A stretch of DNA of 64,000 bases. It comes from Lama guanicoe (Eukaryota). This document shows positions 49,400-63,080 of this stretch, in pieces. Made by a program: the position numbers and the translations under genes. The notes under the pieces are model-generated. The model searched no databases, was not told the origin of the DNA, and saw nothing but the letters and a program-made list of their open reading frames with translations. The stretch is taken from positions 14,978,655-15,042,654 of the forward strand of contig MU057036.1 of assembly GCA_013239625.1 (NCBI GenBank). The letters run 5' to 3'. Within the stretch, counting starts at the first letter, position 1, and each line of letters opens with the position of its first letter.

Positions 49400-51870
49400 A
49401 CATCCCTTTTATTCATAATTTACTAAGATTTTTTAAAATCTTAAATATTTAATTTTATCCCAACATATTTTTTGCACCTGTTGAGAATGACTTCTCTTTC
49501 AATCTGCTAATTACACTCATATATTTTATGATGTTGCAACATCCTTGCATAATGGAAAAATTCTATTTAATTAGGATGTATCATTTTTATCAATAATAGA
49601 CATAGGTATGTTGAATTCAATTTGTTCTTATTTTACTTAGGATTTTCCTATGTTCATAAATGAAATATAATTGTTTCATGGTTCTCTCATGCTATCCCTT
49701 TCTAGTTTTAATTTCAAAATTAGACTAGCTTTATAAAATGAATTAGGTGGTTTTTTCACTTTTTCAGTTATCTGAAATATTTTTATAATATTAGGATTAT
49801 CTGTTTTGATTCCTATAAAACTGTCAGGGTCCAAGATCTTTGGAGGTTAGGAGGTTAAGGAGGATATAGAGAATATTTTACTTGCAGATGGTTACAGGTT
49901 TATTGTTGTTAGGTTTATTTTTCTTCTTGAGTCAATTTTGAGGATGTCATTTCTTTCCTATTTGCTCTCAGATCATTTGTCTGTCTTCTTGCTGCAAACT
50001 ACATTTCTGAGATCCCCTATCCAATTAGCTAGTTTTGGTCAATGGTGGACACTAGCAGAGGACTAGCGGGCAGGAGAGAGGGAGAAGCCATGCCATTTCT
50101 CCCATCCTCTCTCTGCCTCCAGCAATGGCTGTCTCCTCTGGGGTTCCAGCTCCCACTAAACAGCTTTCCCCATGATCCAGCTCCCTCTCAGCACCCTGTC
50201 ACAAATCTAGCTCCCACTGGTAACTGGGTCTTAACCCTCAGTGATGCCAACTCCTGCCTTGATCCCTCCAGCCCTAGTGGTGGTAACAGTTTCCCGATGG
50301 TACTAATCTCAGTGTTGCCTCACCACCTGCTGCTTAACTTTGAAGTTCTCCTTTTGAAACAGATCTCCTGTATTAAATCCCTTTTATTGGACTGGAGAGG
50401 TTCTGTTTTCATGACTAAACTCTGACTAGTCCAGATAGTTTATATTTTTCTGAAAAACCACCTACTTCACTTAGGTTTTTAAGTTTATTGACATACATAT
50501 GAAAAATTATTGGCATAATATTTAATTAGGATGCTTAGAATCTCTTCTATATCCATAGTTATGTCCTCTTTTTCATCCCCACTATTGTTTATTTGTGTCT
50601 TCTCTCCCTCTCTCTCTCTCCCCTCCTCACTTCAGTCTTGCTGAAGGTCTGAAAAATATCTCCAATTTACATTTGAGCTAAAAATAGGAAAAGGCTACTA
50701 TCTATTTAATATTGGCTCAATGTACAAGTTACCACTGGAAAGATAAAAAAGAAAATAATATTGGTTGTCTGTAGAAGGGAAATTGGGTGGTCAGGCAAAA
50801 GAAATGGAAAGAAAGCTTTTAATTATATACCAGCTCATACATTTAAAGTTTTGAACTATATGAATGATTCACTCACTTAGTCAAAGAATTAGATTTAAAA
50901 TAGTTTAAAAGAGTAGATTTTTTTATTTGCTTACCTTATTTCTGTTTTCTATTTTATTATTTTCTGCACTATTATTATTATTATTTTCTCCCTTTCATTC
51001 TATCCAGGTTTACTCTGTTCTTCTAGCTCACTTATTTTCAGTTTTCATATCTTTTTAATAAACAAATTCAAGGCTACAATTTATATTTAAAATACCATTT
51101 TGCCTATCTCATTTTTTGATGGGTGATAATTTCATTATGTTTATTTCTGAAAATTTTAGTATTTCCACTACGATTTCCTGCTTAATCATTGGATTACTTA
51201 TGTGTATCTTTAGTATTACAAACATATGTGCCTTTTAGGTTTTCTTTTTACTGTTGGTTTCTACTTTGGTACCATGGTTCTAATGGTACCATGACAAGAG
51301 ATAGTGGTCTATTTGGCAACTTTACTTTGAAATTTATAATCTTGTTTGAATGGTCCATTTTTTACAAGTTCCACTAGTGCTTGAAATGAAAAGGTATATC
51401 CTATTAGTGGAATATAACATATGTGTGTATGCACATACCTTAACTCAAACTTGATAGCTTTATTTTTTAAATTTTTATTTTCTTGTAATCTTTTTCTGAT
51501 TGATTGTTTTTAATATAAGTGTGTTCAAATAACCCATCATATTTTGCAAAATTATCTTTGTAATTGTCAGTTTTTGCTTTATTAATATCAGGACCATGTT
51601 GTTAGTTGCCTAGAAGTTCATGATGATTTTGTATTCTTAGTGGATTGATACATATATTATGTAGTACCCCATTTTTTACCTTTACTAATGCTTATATTCT
51701 CATGTTTCTTATATTATTAAGTCCCTACTATCTGGTGTGTATGTGTGTGTATGTGTGTATTTGCCTGCTGTATCTTGTTCCATTCTTTGTTTTCAGATTT
51801 TCAGAATCTTTTTAAGTGATATGTCTTGAAAGAAGTAAAGAATTTAACTTTTAAAAAATACAGTATAATG
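49400..51870 (-). mobile_element. Continuation of ancient L1ME-like LINE
   Basis: ctagctttataaaatgaattagg, aaaactgtcagggtcc, ttcttcttgagtcaatttt, aaattcaaggctacaattt. Confidence 0.65.
49955..50432 (+). mobile_element. ERVL-class solo LTR (LTR41-like)
   Basis: ttttggtcaatgg...gggagaagccatgccatttctccc...ccagccctagtggtggtaacagtttcc...attaaatccc...ttctgttttcatgactaaactctgacta. Confidence 0.65.
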
Positions 51871-51879
51871 AATGAAAGA

Positions 51880-53820
51880 GATAAAACCATCTCTAGTTTC
51901 AAGTAACATGATTGTACTCCTAGAAAATTTGTGGGACTCTACCACCACTACCACCAACAACAATAAAAACTCTCCTAGAACCCACAAGTGAGTTCAGCAG
52001 GTTCACAGGACATAAGATCAACATGCCAAAATCAACTGCCTTTCTATATACTAACAGCAAACAAGTAGAAACCAAATTCTTTAAAAAAATGCAATACCAT
52101 TTACAATTGCTCCAAAGAATATTAAATATTCAGTATAAATCTGACAAAAACGTATAGAATCTGTATGATGAAAATTACAAGAAGCTGATAAAAGAAGTCA
52201 AAGGTGATCTGAATAAATGAAGAGACTTACTGTGTTCATGGATTGAAAGACTCAACATAAAGATGTCACTTTTCCCAAATTGATATACAAGTTTAATGCA
52301 ATTCCTATGAAAATATCATCAAGATTTTTTGTAGACATTGTTAAGATTAAACTGAAATGTATATGAAATGGCAGGACTAGAATAGCTAAAAGAATGTTGA
52401 AAAAGAAGAGTAGAGCAGGCAGAGTCAGTGCCTCCGATTTGAAGACTTCTGTAGCTACAGTGATGGAGACTGTGGTGAAGGTGGAGGGATAGACACATAA
52501 ATCAGTGGAACAGAACAGAGAACCCAGAAAGGGACTCACACAAATATGCTCAACTTATCTTTGACAAAGGAGAGAAACAACTCAGCAAAGGAAGGATAGC
52601 CTTTCCAACAAATGGGCTGAACCAACTGGTCACCCACAAGGAAGGAAAAAAAAAACCAACCAAACAAAATAAAACAAGAAAGCAAAACCCACCTAAACCT
52701 AACACTGTACACAGAAATTAACTAAATTAACTCAAAATGAATCACAGACTTAAATGTAAAATGCAAAACTATAAAAGTTTAGAACAAAATGTAAGTGAAA
52801 AATCTGTGGGACCTAGAGCTAGGCAGAGTTCTTAAATTTGATACCAAAAGCTCATGTCCATAAAAGGAAAAGATAACAATTTGGACTTTATCAAAATAAG
52901 AAATTTTGGTTCTGGGAAAGACTCTCTTAAAAGGATGAAAGGATAAATTACAACCTGGGAGAAAATATTTGCAAAACACATATAGGCCAAGGGATTTGTG
53001 TCTACAAAATATAAAGGACTCTCAAAGCACAATAGTAAATAAACAATCAAATTAGAAAAATTTTCCAAAGACATAAACCAGTACTCTATCAAGGAGAACA
53101 GACAGATGGCAAGTAAGCACATAAAATGGTGTTCAACTTCATTAGCCCTTAAGGAAATGTAAATGAAAACCACAATTGAGATATCACTACACACCTATCA
53201 GTATGGCTAAAATNNNNNNNNNNNNNNNNNNNNNNNNNNNNNNNNNNNNNNNNNNNNNNNNNNNNNNNNNNNNNNNNNNNNNNNNNNNNNNNNNNNNNNN
53301 NNNNNNNNNNNNNNNNNNNNNNNNNNNNNNNNNNNNNNNNNNNNNNNACTTACCATATCATTCAGTAACTGCACTGCTGGGCATTTACCACAGAGAAATG
53401 AAAACTTACATTCATGCAGAAACTTGTACATGAATGTTCACAGCAGCTTTATTCATAATAGCCGCTGGAAACTATCCAGTTTTCCTTCAGTGGTTGAATG
53501 GATAAGCAAACTGTGGTATATCCATGGCAGAGAAAGTACTCAGCAATAGAAGGAATGAAATATTGATAAATGCAACAACTTGGGTGAAACTCATGGGAAT
53601 GATGATGAGTGAAAAAAAGTTACATATTGAATGATTGTATTTACATAACAATCTTGAAATAACAAAATTATAGAGATGGGAAAAAGATTAGTGGTTGCCA
53701 GGGGTTAAGGATGGGGGTGGGAGGGTGTGGCTTTAAAGGGGTACCAGGAAGAAGCCTTTCAGTTGATGGCACAATTTTCCCATTTTGATTGTAGTGATAG
53801 TTACAGGAAGCTATGAGTGG
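51880..53820 (+). mobile_element. L1MB/MC-like LINE 3' end (ORF2 C-terminus plus 3'UTR), sense orientation
   Basis: gagttcagcaggttcacaggacataagatcaac, tgttcatggattgaaagactcaacat, tgagatatcactacacaccta, LPY..V.ALLGIY.REMKT; G-rich 3'UTR. Confidence 0.9.
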
Positions 53821-53829
53821 GCTGTTTAT

Positions 53830-54570
53830 TCAGGAATCTTTTGCACTTTGCAATCAAAAAGGAAAGATAATGACAAAGTGAAAACTTTTTGAGAATGTTG
53901 TTACAATTGAAAAGTTTCTACAGAAGATGCAGAAATTTGTTTTCTTAGACTTAATGATGACATGGAATCTACAGTATTGATCAATAAGAATCAGAGTTTA
54001 ATTTAATACTCATACAGTACATGGACAATAAAAATGATTCCTGCTGTTTCAGTATGTAAAATGATGGAGATCATCTGTGCTGATATATTAAAAAAAATCA
54101 ACTTTTAAGAAATATGTAGACATTTGGCCTTTTATCAAGATTTCCTGTAATGTTGATTGGAAAATCATTCTGATAGCAAGCCATCTAAAATTTTAGGAGG
54201 TAAAAGATTAAAGATTGCTAAATGTTTTCCCTTTGACTTACTCTGGAGTACCATTAGGAAAAAATGTAATTCTAAAATAATTGTTCTCTAGTTAAAGAAG
54301 AAGTTGGTAAGGACTTCTTATTTCAAGTCTTTTCTTGAAATATCAGTTTTTATAAATATCCATCTGTTTGGGTTGTAATTTCCCTTATCATCATGGTTAC
54401 ATAAACACACGTCTCAGTTTTTAAATATGGATTTTTAAATAAGAAATGCAAGCTACAGCTCTTGAATGTTCTCAATATATCATCAATTAAAATGATACTA
54501 AACTGTTGGAGGCAGATATAAAACTTGGATAATAAAATTTCTTGGCTAATTAAAAAGATACAATAGATTA
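53830..54570 (+). mobile_element. Possible highly decayed hAT-Charlie transposase remnant
   Basis: AT-rich non-L1 insert; only weak motif echoes (NDKVKTF vs DKIxAF). Confidence 0.2.
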
Positions 54571-54599
54571 GTAAATTCTTCTAATAATTAAATTTCATT

Positions 54600-55950
54600 T
54601 CACAGTTATTTATTGTGATTAGTGATTATTTGAATATATTTTTACTACTGCTTTTGTTTTGTTTTCTTTTTGCCTTCCTTTCCCTTTTTATAATTTTCCT
54701 TCTTGTTTTCTGCTGAATTGGTAAATTCCTTTATTTCATTTTAAATATTCTTCTACTGATTTTGAAACTATAAATTACAATTCTAGCTTTGTTCTTGTTA
54801 TCCTTATATTTTTAACTATGTAAATATAAATTTTCATTAAAAGTTTTAAGTTATTCTTTACCACAATTCTCCTAAACACACAGAAGTTCTTGGTATGATT
54901 CAGCCAAGTTATGGAACAACTCCTGATATTACTGTTACAGACAGTTTCAGTTTTTCCTCTTTTTTTTTTAAGTAAAACAGTGAATTGTTACAGTCAGTGG
55001 TCAATTAAACTATATCCACTTATTTTGTCAACTTCTTTGTTTATTTGTGATTTCTTTCATACAGTGTCTTCCTGGCCCACCTGGTTTAAATCTCCATTCT
55101 TACTAGCAGGGCGATCTTAATCTTTTTGAACCTGTTTCCTCACTGTAAAATAAAGTTAAAAATGTGTCCTCCTCATAGAGTTCTCGGGAGGATTAAAAGT
55201 AGTTGATGCATGTAAAGTGTTAGCCATTGTTATAATGATTATTATTAGGCTCTTTTCTTTATATTCAAGTTAACCCTTTAATGGATGGGTAAACTTTTCA
55301 AGGCTGAAAGATCCTTATTTTGTCTTTTTTTTCAATGATAGTTTAGTTTTGGTATGAGAATCTAGCTAGATGGAAAATTCTTTTCCCTCCACAGTTTGGA
55401 TAATTATTTCATTGATCAATGCTGATGAGAAGAGGCCAGCCCAGCTGTAACTCTTCTCTCGGTGACCAGTCTTTTTCCTCTGGTAGCTTTTAGGATTGTT
55501 CTATTTGTCCTTGACGTTTTACCATTTCCCTACAATGTAGGTTTATTTTTATTTATGTTGTGAACTTTTCGTTTGCAGGCTTGTCTTCAACTCTGGAAAT
55601 TTCTCAGCCTTCTCTCTTCAAATGTTGTTCTTCTGTCTTTCTCTTTCATCTGTTTTCCCTGAAATTCCTAAATATTTGTTTATGAGCCTCTCCGTCAATT
55701 ATTCATGGCTCTTGGCTTCCCTTAAGTAGTTTTTGTCTCCATGTGCTGCATTCTGTGTGAATTCCTCAGCACTGTTTTCCAATTCTATCTTTGGCTGATC
55801 TCAATCTAGACTTCAATCCATATATTGAGATTTTTAATTTCAAAGAGTACATTTTTTTCAAAATTCCTAATCAGTTCTTTTTCATATCTACTTGTTCTTG
55901 AAGATGCTCATTTTTGTTGTTGTTGTTGTTGGTTTCTATAAATAACTACT
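54600..55950 (-). mobile_element. Ancient L1ME-like 5'/ORF1 region with a MIR at ~55080-55240
   Basis: ttcaatgatagtttag...gctgatgagaag...tctggtagcttttaggatt...caactctggaaatttctcagcc. Confidence 0.6.
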
Positions 55951-56288
55951 CAATTGTAGAAATATCCATAGTCATGCACTGAGGTTAAGGAAAATTCAGG
56001 ACCTTAACCGGCTAAATTTTCAAGAGAATAAGTGCTTTAAATTCATTCTATCTTATTTAGTTGTATTTTTCATAAATCAAGTGCCTATTGTATGTAGGCA
56101 GTGACAAGGATTCTTAAAATGTCTTTTCTTCTACTTAGCTCCCTATTTCATTAAGCTTAGGGAATCAAAAATTTATCTGCATCAAAAATACTCCCACTGC
56201 ACACACCTTCCCAGAAAAATCAAACTGAATGGTAACTGGCATGCAAAAATACAGTCCCTTATTTTACTGATTCCTTATTTTGTTTCAG

Positions 56289-56567
56289 GCAGTGCAATGG
56301 GCCCAGGTTAATTTGCTCAGCTCACAGAGGACAGTAACTAGGAGCTCCGTGGATTCAGAACTCTACCAGCTTAGCCACGATCCTGACAACCTATCTCCAG
56401 CCTCCCTTCAGAAAGCACCACAGACTGATTCTCCCACACAAAGGTGCCTAACTCTCAGAGAATCAGAGAGAATATTATGGAACATTTTTTCTGGCCAAGA
56501 GGATGCTAGCGTCAAAGCATTAATCAATGGCCCCTTTCAATCTGCAAAATATAGCCAGTTGTCCAGG
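56289..56567 (+). other. Candidate symmetric (phase 0-0) internal exon, 93 open codons, product unknown
   Basis: tactgattccttattttgtttcag|GCA...TCCAGG|gtgagc; splice sites nearly coincide with the ends of ORF 56280-56594. Confidence 0.3.
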
Positions 56568-58734
56568 GTGAGCTTTATTGTTTCCCAAGGGTGAAATGGT
56601 TTCAAGCTAGCACATTTTATTAATTCTGTTTCATTAGAAGCTCAGACTGAAAGTGTCCCTTTTATCTCAAAGGACTCTAAAGTCCTCAAAAAGTTATGTG
56701 CTGGATGATAACTCCTAATGCAAAGACCTGCCTCCTCTGACATGCTAGTCTGGACTGATTCTCAAATTTAATACTGATTCTAACTAAACATGCTGTGGAG
56801 TTGGTTAGAGTGAGTGAACAAGGGGCAAGGAGATCTTCAGTTTCTACCTTTTTGTACATGGTATTGGATATGTTAGCATTTGCATTTTCAATAGGTTTTT
56901 AATGTCCAACGTTTTTCAAGGAAATGAATGCAGCCATTATGTATCTTTATGCTTAAAAAAAAAGATGGATGCATATTATTACTTTAACCCTTATTATTAC
57001 CTCATTGTGTGGCTATAGCAGTGTTTACGACATGAAATACAAGAGCCTCTGTGCTCATCTGTTCCTTGATAAATCCCTGTATCCTCACATTTAGTTCCAT
57101 GTACCAAGTAGGATAGGTTTCTTGTTGGTGAGTTTTTTTATGTACAATTGTAGAATTTTAGAGTTGAAAGAGGCTATAGACATTAGTCTTCTGGTATAGA
57201 TAGATCAGGTAACAAAGTACCAGTAAAGTCAAGATCAAATAGTTAATTAGTATCAGGTCTAGAATTAGAATTTATGGTTCCCAACTCCTGGTCTAATGCC
57301 CATGAAGGTAGAAGAGCCTATAAATAAATACAAATATTTGGTCCATTCAGGAACCACCTGAGATATCCCTTATGCTTTGTAGTGAGTCTATTAGTAGTAT
57401 GAAAATTGTTACTTCTGACATGTTATAAACAAAATCAACAATCTCCTGGACCCATTATGAGGTACTTAAGAACTTTTTTTGAGGGCTTTGAAAGGCAAAG
57501 GAAGATAGCCAAAGAAGCTCTCTGCAAATGGGCAGCTTTCCCAGATAGCCCCAGAAGGAAAAAAGAATGAACAAATTAGTGAATCAGAGTTCTTTTAATA
57601 GTTGTATTGTGATGTGTAGTTGTTAGTGTGAGACCCTATGACCTCATCACAAGGTTTTAGCATGCTGGTTGAAATCTTGGCTAAACCTGGCTTTTTTATT
57701 CACTAAAATTAAAAAAAAAGCTCTTTTCCCTTAAATGAAGAGACACTACAAAACTCTGAAGTTCATCATACGTGCAAAACCATACTCAAAATCAGAGATT
57801 TTAGAAGCCCGCCCTCACCATAATGCGTAGTGTGTATCTGGCAGTCTCATGTCATCCAGCTAGTAAACCAATGCGATAGAGCTTATCATCGATATTGCCT
57901 CCATTTTATAAACAAAGAAACAGATTTAGACAAGTTTTTGACTTGCCAGAGGTTGTGTAGCCAGTAACAGCAGGGCTGGGATTTGTACCCAAGACTCTCC
58001 AACTGCAGAATTTAGCTCCAAATCACCATAAACTCCATTTTGTCACAGGTGGAAGTGAGTTTAAGAAAGAAGTTACTGCTATATCCCCAGGGCCTAGAAC
58101 TGTGCCTGACACCTAGTGATACTTAGTAAATAATTGTTGGATCCATAAGTGAATGCATTCAGCAGTTTGAAAAGGACGGCCAGCATCTCCAAGTTGGTTT
58201 GCAAAGCTCCTACCAAATTTAAGAGGTATGTATGACCCAAGAAAGATTTTCAATCAAGTCTTTGCTGTTACTTTGTTATTCTCTACCAAACTGCTTCAAA
58301 GGTGTCACAATGTAACCTGCAAGGGAGTCCCCTGGACTTTCCACTAACTTCTCTGTTATGCTGTTTAGTTGTAAACTGGTGAAGACACTACAGAGTAGGA
58401 AATATTTTTATCCCTGGGAAATAAATTCAGAGAATAAGTCTTTTTTAATCCCTACTGTTCTTCAGTGTCTTATAATGAATTTGCAAGAAGTGCATTCTGA
58501 ATAGCTAAGCGTGGCCTCTGGAGTTGGCTTGGGCTGGAAGCTAGGCTCCATCCCTTATCAGCTGTGTGACATTAGTAAGGTTACCTCTGCCTGTTTCCTT
58601 ATTCAGAAATTGCTGGTTTGTTGTTAACAAAATGAGTTAACTTAGATCAGAAGCATAGCATCTTACCCAATACCTGATCAATAAATGTTAAGTATATTAC
58701 ATCAAAAATATCCTGTTTTCTTCAATGCGTGGAA

Positions 58735-60225
58735 AGCTCATTTATTCATTCAACAGCAAACAGGTATTGAATGCCCACCATGTGCCCGCCTCTGCTCCAT
58801 GTGCAGAAGACAGAGAACAATGTAACTGTCTGCTCCCCAGAACAGAAGAGGACTCAGAAAATAAAATAAGATGCACTATATGCCTGGTGGTGAAATATGG
58901 CTCAAAAAGAGAGGTAAGATAGTGGGGGAGGATTATTTCACACAAGGTGGAGGGGAGGTCTCTGAGGGACACATCTGATGGGAGTGACAGAGATCTGGGA
59001 AAAGAGCATTTCAACAGAGGGAATTTCTGGCCTCTTAGAAGAAGAAGGAGAAGAGGCAAGGAGGCCAGAAAGCAGAGTGAACGAGGAGTAGTAGGAGACA
59101 GAGCCAATGAGGTAGGAGCAGCCAGACCCTGCAGGGGCTGGCAGGCCATGGTGAGGATTTTGGATTTCACCTCAAATGAGATGGGAACCGTTTGTGAGTT
59201 TTGAGCAGAGGATGGACATGATCTAACATGTTTGAGAAGGGACAGTCTGGCTGCTGTATGGATAGTTGGCTGGAAAGGGGCAGGAGTGGAAGTTAGGTCG
59301 TTATCACCTTGGTCCAGGTGAGGATGGTGAAGGTTTAGAGCATGATAATAGCAGGGGGCAAAATAAATCGAGGCCAGATTCTAGGTAGTGTGAACATAGA
59401 GCTGACGTGGTTTGCTGTGAGTTGGATCTTAGGTGTGAGAGAAAGAGCACAGTCAAGGATGACCCCAAAGTTTTTATACCAAGGCATTGGTGGACTCATT
59501 TTGCCATTTTTTTGTTGTTGTTGTTGTTACGGGGACACTGAAGAGGAAGAATATATTAGTCGGGATTTTCTAGAGAAACAGAACCAATAGGATGTGTGTG
59601 TATATATACACACACATATATAAACTTATATACATGTATATATACACATAAACATACATATACATACAGAAATTTACTATTGGGAGTTGGCCCATGTGAT
59701 TGTGGAGGCTGACAAGTCCCAAGATCTGCAAGGTGTGTCCGCAAGCTACAGACCCAGGAGAGCTGATGCTGCCCTTCCAGTCCCACAGCCGGCAGGCTCC
59801 AGACCAAGGACATGCCAGGGTGTTTCAGTTCTTGTGTGAAGGCAGGAGACATCCAGTGCCCCTTTTTAAAGGCAGCCAGGCAGGAGGTATTCTCTCTTAC
59901 TTGCAGGAGGGCCAGCCTTTTTGCTCTACTCAGGTCTTCAACTGATCGACTGAGGTCCACTCACATAAGGGAGGAAAGTCTGCTTCACTGCCTATTGATT
60001 TAAATGTTAATCTCATCCAAACACACTCTCAAGGAACACCCTGAATAATATGTGACCAAATACCTGGGCACACTATGGTCCTGTCAGGTTGATGCAGAAA
60101 ATCAACCACCATGGAGGAGGAGCAGATGTGGAGAGGAAATCCAGAGTTCTGCTTTGGACATATTAAGCTGGAGATATTTATTAGACCTCAAAGGAGAGAT
60201 GTTGTTAAGCAGCTGGGTGTAGAGA
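58735..60225 (-). mobile_element. L2 LINE split by an MLT2 LTR
   Basis: tcatttattcattcaacag tail; ggccatggtgaggattttggatttcacc; gagttctgctttggacatattaag resumes after the LTR. Confidence 0.85.
59552..60113 (-). mobile_element. MLT2 (ERV-L LTR, MLT2B-like) solo LTR with internal (TA/CA)n
   Basis: tattagtcgggattttctagagaaacagaaccaatagga...gctgacaagtcccaagatctgca...atttaaatgttaatctcatccaaa. Confidence 0.9.
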
Positions 60226-61169
60226 CCACTGTCCTTGAAATACATTATTTTTCTCTTCTCTTGTATATCCCATATGCAGTCCTGATATGAAATTCCTTGT
60301 ATTAACAGTGACTTTAATTGGTCCTGCCCTAGTTATTCAGATTAAATACTAGTTCACTAACACTGATTTGCTACATCAGAAAACTTATTTCTTAAGACAT
60401 CATGGCTTCTCACTTTTCTGAACCCCTTCACCTTTTTTGTTTCATCTTTCTGGATGCCCCCTCCTCATCTGTCCATCTAGAAAATACCTTTTAAAGATTC
60501 ATGAGATGGTATCACCTGCTCCTTGAATCTTTTCCTGAATCATTTCAGCAAACTTCAGACTAGAGACATTCCCATTTTTCCTTCTCTTCAGATTCTCTCT
60601 CCTTTCCTTTCTTTATTTTTCCTTCTTTCTAGAAAATATAAAGTTTTCCTTTTCTTTCTATATATATATGTATACACATACACACACGCACAATTAAAGC
60701 AATAAAGAAAATAATACATGATAGTAGAAAGCACCTAAAATCCCAGAGTAATGATGAACAACCAGTTTTCTAGAGTTTGCTAGATTTATATACACAAAAT
60801 TTTGTAATTTTATACAAAATATATAAGGGCATTTTTGTAACTTATTTTTATAAACTGCCTTTTAAAATCAATAATATGTCATAAAGATTTTTTAATGACA
60901 ATCCCTATACCTGAATATGACTCATTTTTAACACTTGCTTATTTTAGTGTATGAATATAATATACTTTATTTATCCTGTCCCCTAATAGTGGTTTTCTGT
61001 TTGTTTTCTTTTTTCTTTTTTCTCTTTTTTTTGCTATGATAAGCAATGCAATAATTCATGCGTAGCTCTACATGAATCCTTTAAATTATTGCATATAATT
61101 CATTATTTGGATATAATGTAATTTATTTAACCAGTCCCTAACTGATGTATATTTCAAGTATAAAATACT

Positions 61170-61213
61170 CACACATACACGCACGTGCGCGCGCGCACAC
61201 ACACACACACACA
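61170..61213. repeat. (CA)/(CG) alternating purine-pyrimidine tract
   Basis: cacacatacacgcacgtgcgcgcgcgcacacacacacacacaca. Confidence 0.9.
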
Positions 61214-61249
61214 GTTGAAAGAAGGAAGGGAGGAAGGAAGGAAAATGTA

Positions 61250-61750
61250 AGAAAAGGGAGAATTATTGGCTTACATAATTGAAACTTCTAGGGCATCTTG
61301 GCTTTAAGCCCAGCTGGATCCAGGACAGAAATGGTGTCACGAGGACTATCTCCATTTCTTGGCTCTATTTTCCTCTGGGTTGGCTTTATTTTCAAACAGG
61401 CTTTGTCATTGTTATATCAAAGCTGGCCCCAGGCAGCTCCAAGCTTTTATGGTCTTTAACTTCCAGGATTTCTGGAGGAGAAAATATTCCTCTTCTGGTA
61501 TTTCCAGCAAAATTCCCAGAGAGAGCTTTAATTGAACCAGTCTAGCTGCACACCCATCTTTGAATCAGTCACTATGTTCAAGAGGAAGGTGACCTGAGTG
61601 ACTAACCTGCCCTTATAACCAGGAAGTCTCCCCTCCCCGCCGTACAATTCATGGGCTGTGAACGTGGGTAGGAGGGTTTTGAAAAGCTATGAAGGTGTTC
61701 TGTTACTAGATGACATGAGCGTGGTAATTGAGAAGCCCAAAACAACAATA
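61250..61750 (-). mobile_element. MaLR MLT1(I/J/K-like) LTR
   Basis: ttattggcttacataattgaaa...cagctggatccagg...ctctgggttggctttatt...ggccccaggcagctccaagctt. Confidence 0.75.
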
Positions 61751-62907
61751 CTTAAGATGGATTAACATAGTTAAAAAAAAAAACCACCAGTGCTTTTGTA
61801 AAAACAACAAAAAGTGTTTTTATGACTACAAATCTGTATAACATCAAACTGTAAAACGTCCGTGGTTGGAACATCATTTTAACCAACAGATGCCACACTG
61901 CTTCTGCTTTAAGGTTGAGTGACTCCTGCCCCTTGCCAGTCAGCCTTGTCTTCTCGCCTTTTTGCAACATCTGTCAGTTACTAATGCACGGATGGTAAGC
62001 AGAAGTGGATCAATAAGCTTCCTCTGTCCTGGGCAGCCCTCACTTCATCCCTATGCCTGGTCTGTTCCTTATGGCACCTGAGGCATTACACACCTTTTCC
62101 TTCTCCCATGCTGAAGATTTTCTTTAACAGAGAACTGGCAGGAGGGGATGCAGAAAAATGAAAAGTGTTGCAGCCAAAGCTGAGGCGTTTGTTTTAAGTC
62201 TCATGGGCACTAACTAATAGTCTGATCCTAACATTGTCACATTTCACATTCAATGATTTTCTGGTCTCCCCACTAGCCAGCATATAACCAGACACATGAC
62301 TAGATCAAGGTATATGGATGCCTGGATAGGTTAATCATTTAGTTGGACCTTGAAATCACTTTGTTTGGCATTTACTCAAAGGAGAAACTGAGAGTAGGGG
62401 AAAAGCCTAGATCACTAGTAGCTGTCTTTCCTCCATAGTCCCAGCCTTGCATACCCCACTCAGTAAGGCAAAACCCCAGTGGTACCAGGACACACCCTTC
62501 TTAGTAGGCAGGCTATACACGATCTATCTACCTTTGCATGACTCTAGGGTCTTGAAAACCCTGCCCTACCACTGCAAAACAGGGAGACCATGCTAGCATG
62601 CTTTCTGAACATGCACAGTGCTCCCCAATGGAACTCTAGACAATACAGTTTTCTCCATCTCATCACACACTTAGTTCGATCATCCTTATATCTGCCCAGC
62701 TCAGAGGAATGAAAAGAAATTTGAGGAAGCTGACATTAACAAGCAGATCACTAAACTCTGGAGCCAAAGTTAACCAGTCCTGAGGCACCGTGAAGTAAGG
62801 GTGGTGACATCAAGAAGAGTGAAATGATAATCTGTGTTGATGGAGGGTGGAGATTGGGTGGGGGAGAGAGGGAGAGTTGGCCAGCAAAAACAAGATGAAA
62901 CATAGAA

Positions 62908-63080
62908 CTATTTTCAAACACTTTTTAGCCGTGGGACCCTTATTTCAAAGGAAATCTTACTCCAATTTGAGTTGAGTTGAAGAACAGCCAAGACCCAAAC
63001 AACTCCGCTCCCCACCACGCACAGCCCCTGAGGCCCCTCCCAGGGAATTCTTAGAGCTCAACGTGGCTTAAAAAGCGCTG
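62908..63080. mobile_element. hAT-Charlie MITE (subfamily uncertain)
   Basis: ctattttcaaac...aaaagcgctg termini flanked by acatagaa/acctagac (TAGA-type target). Confidence 0.5.
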
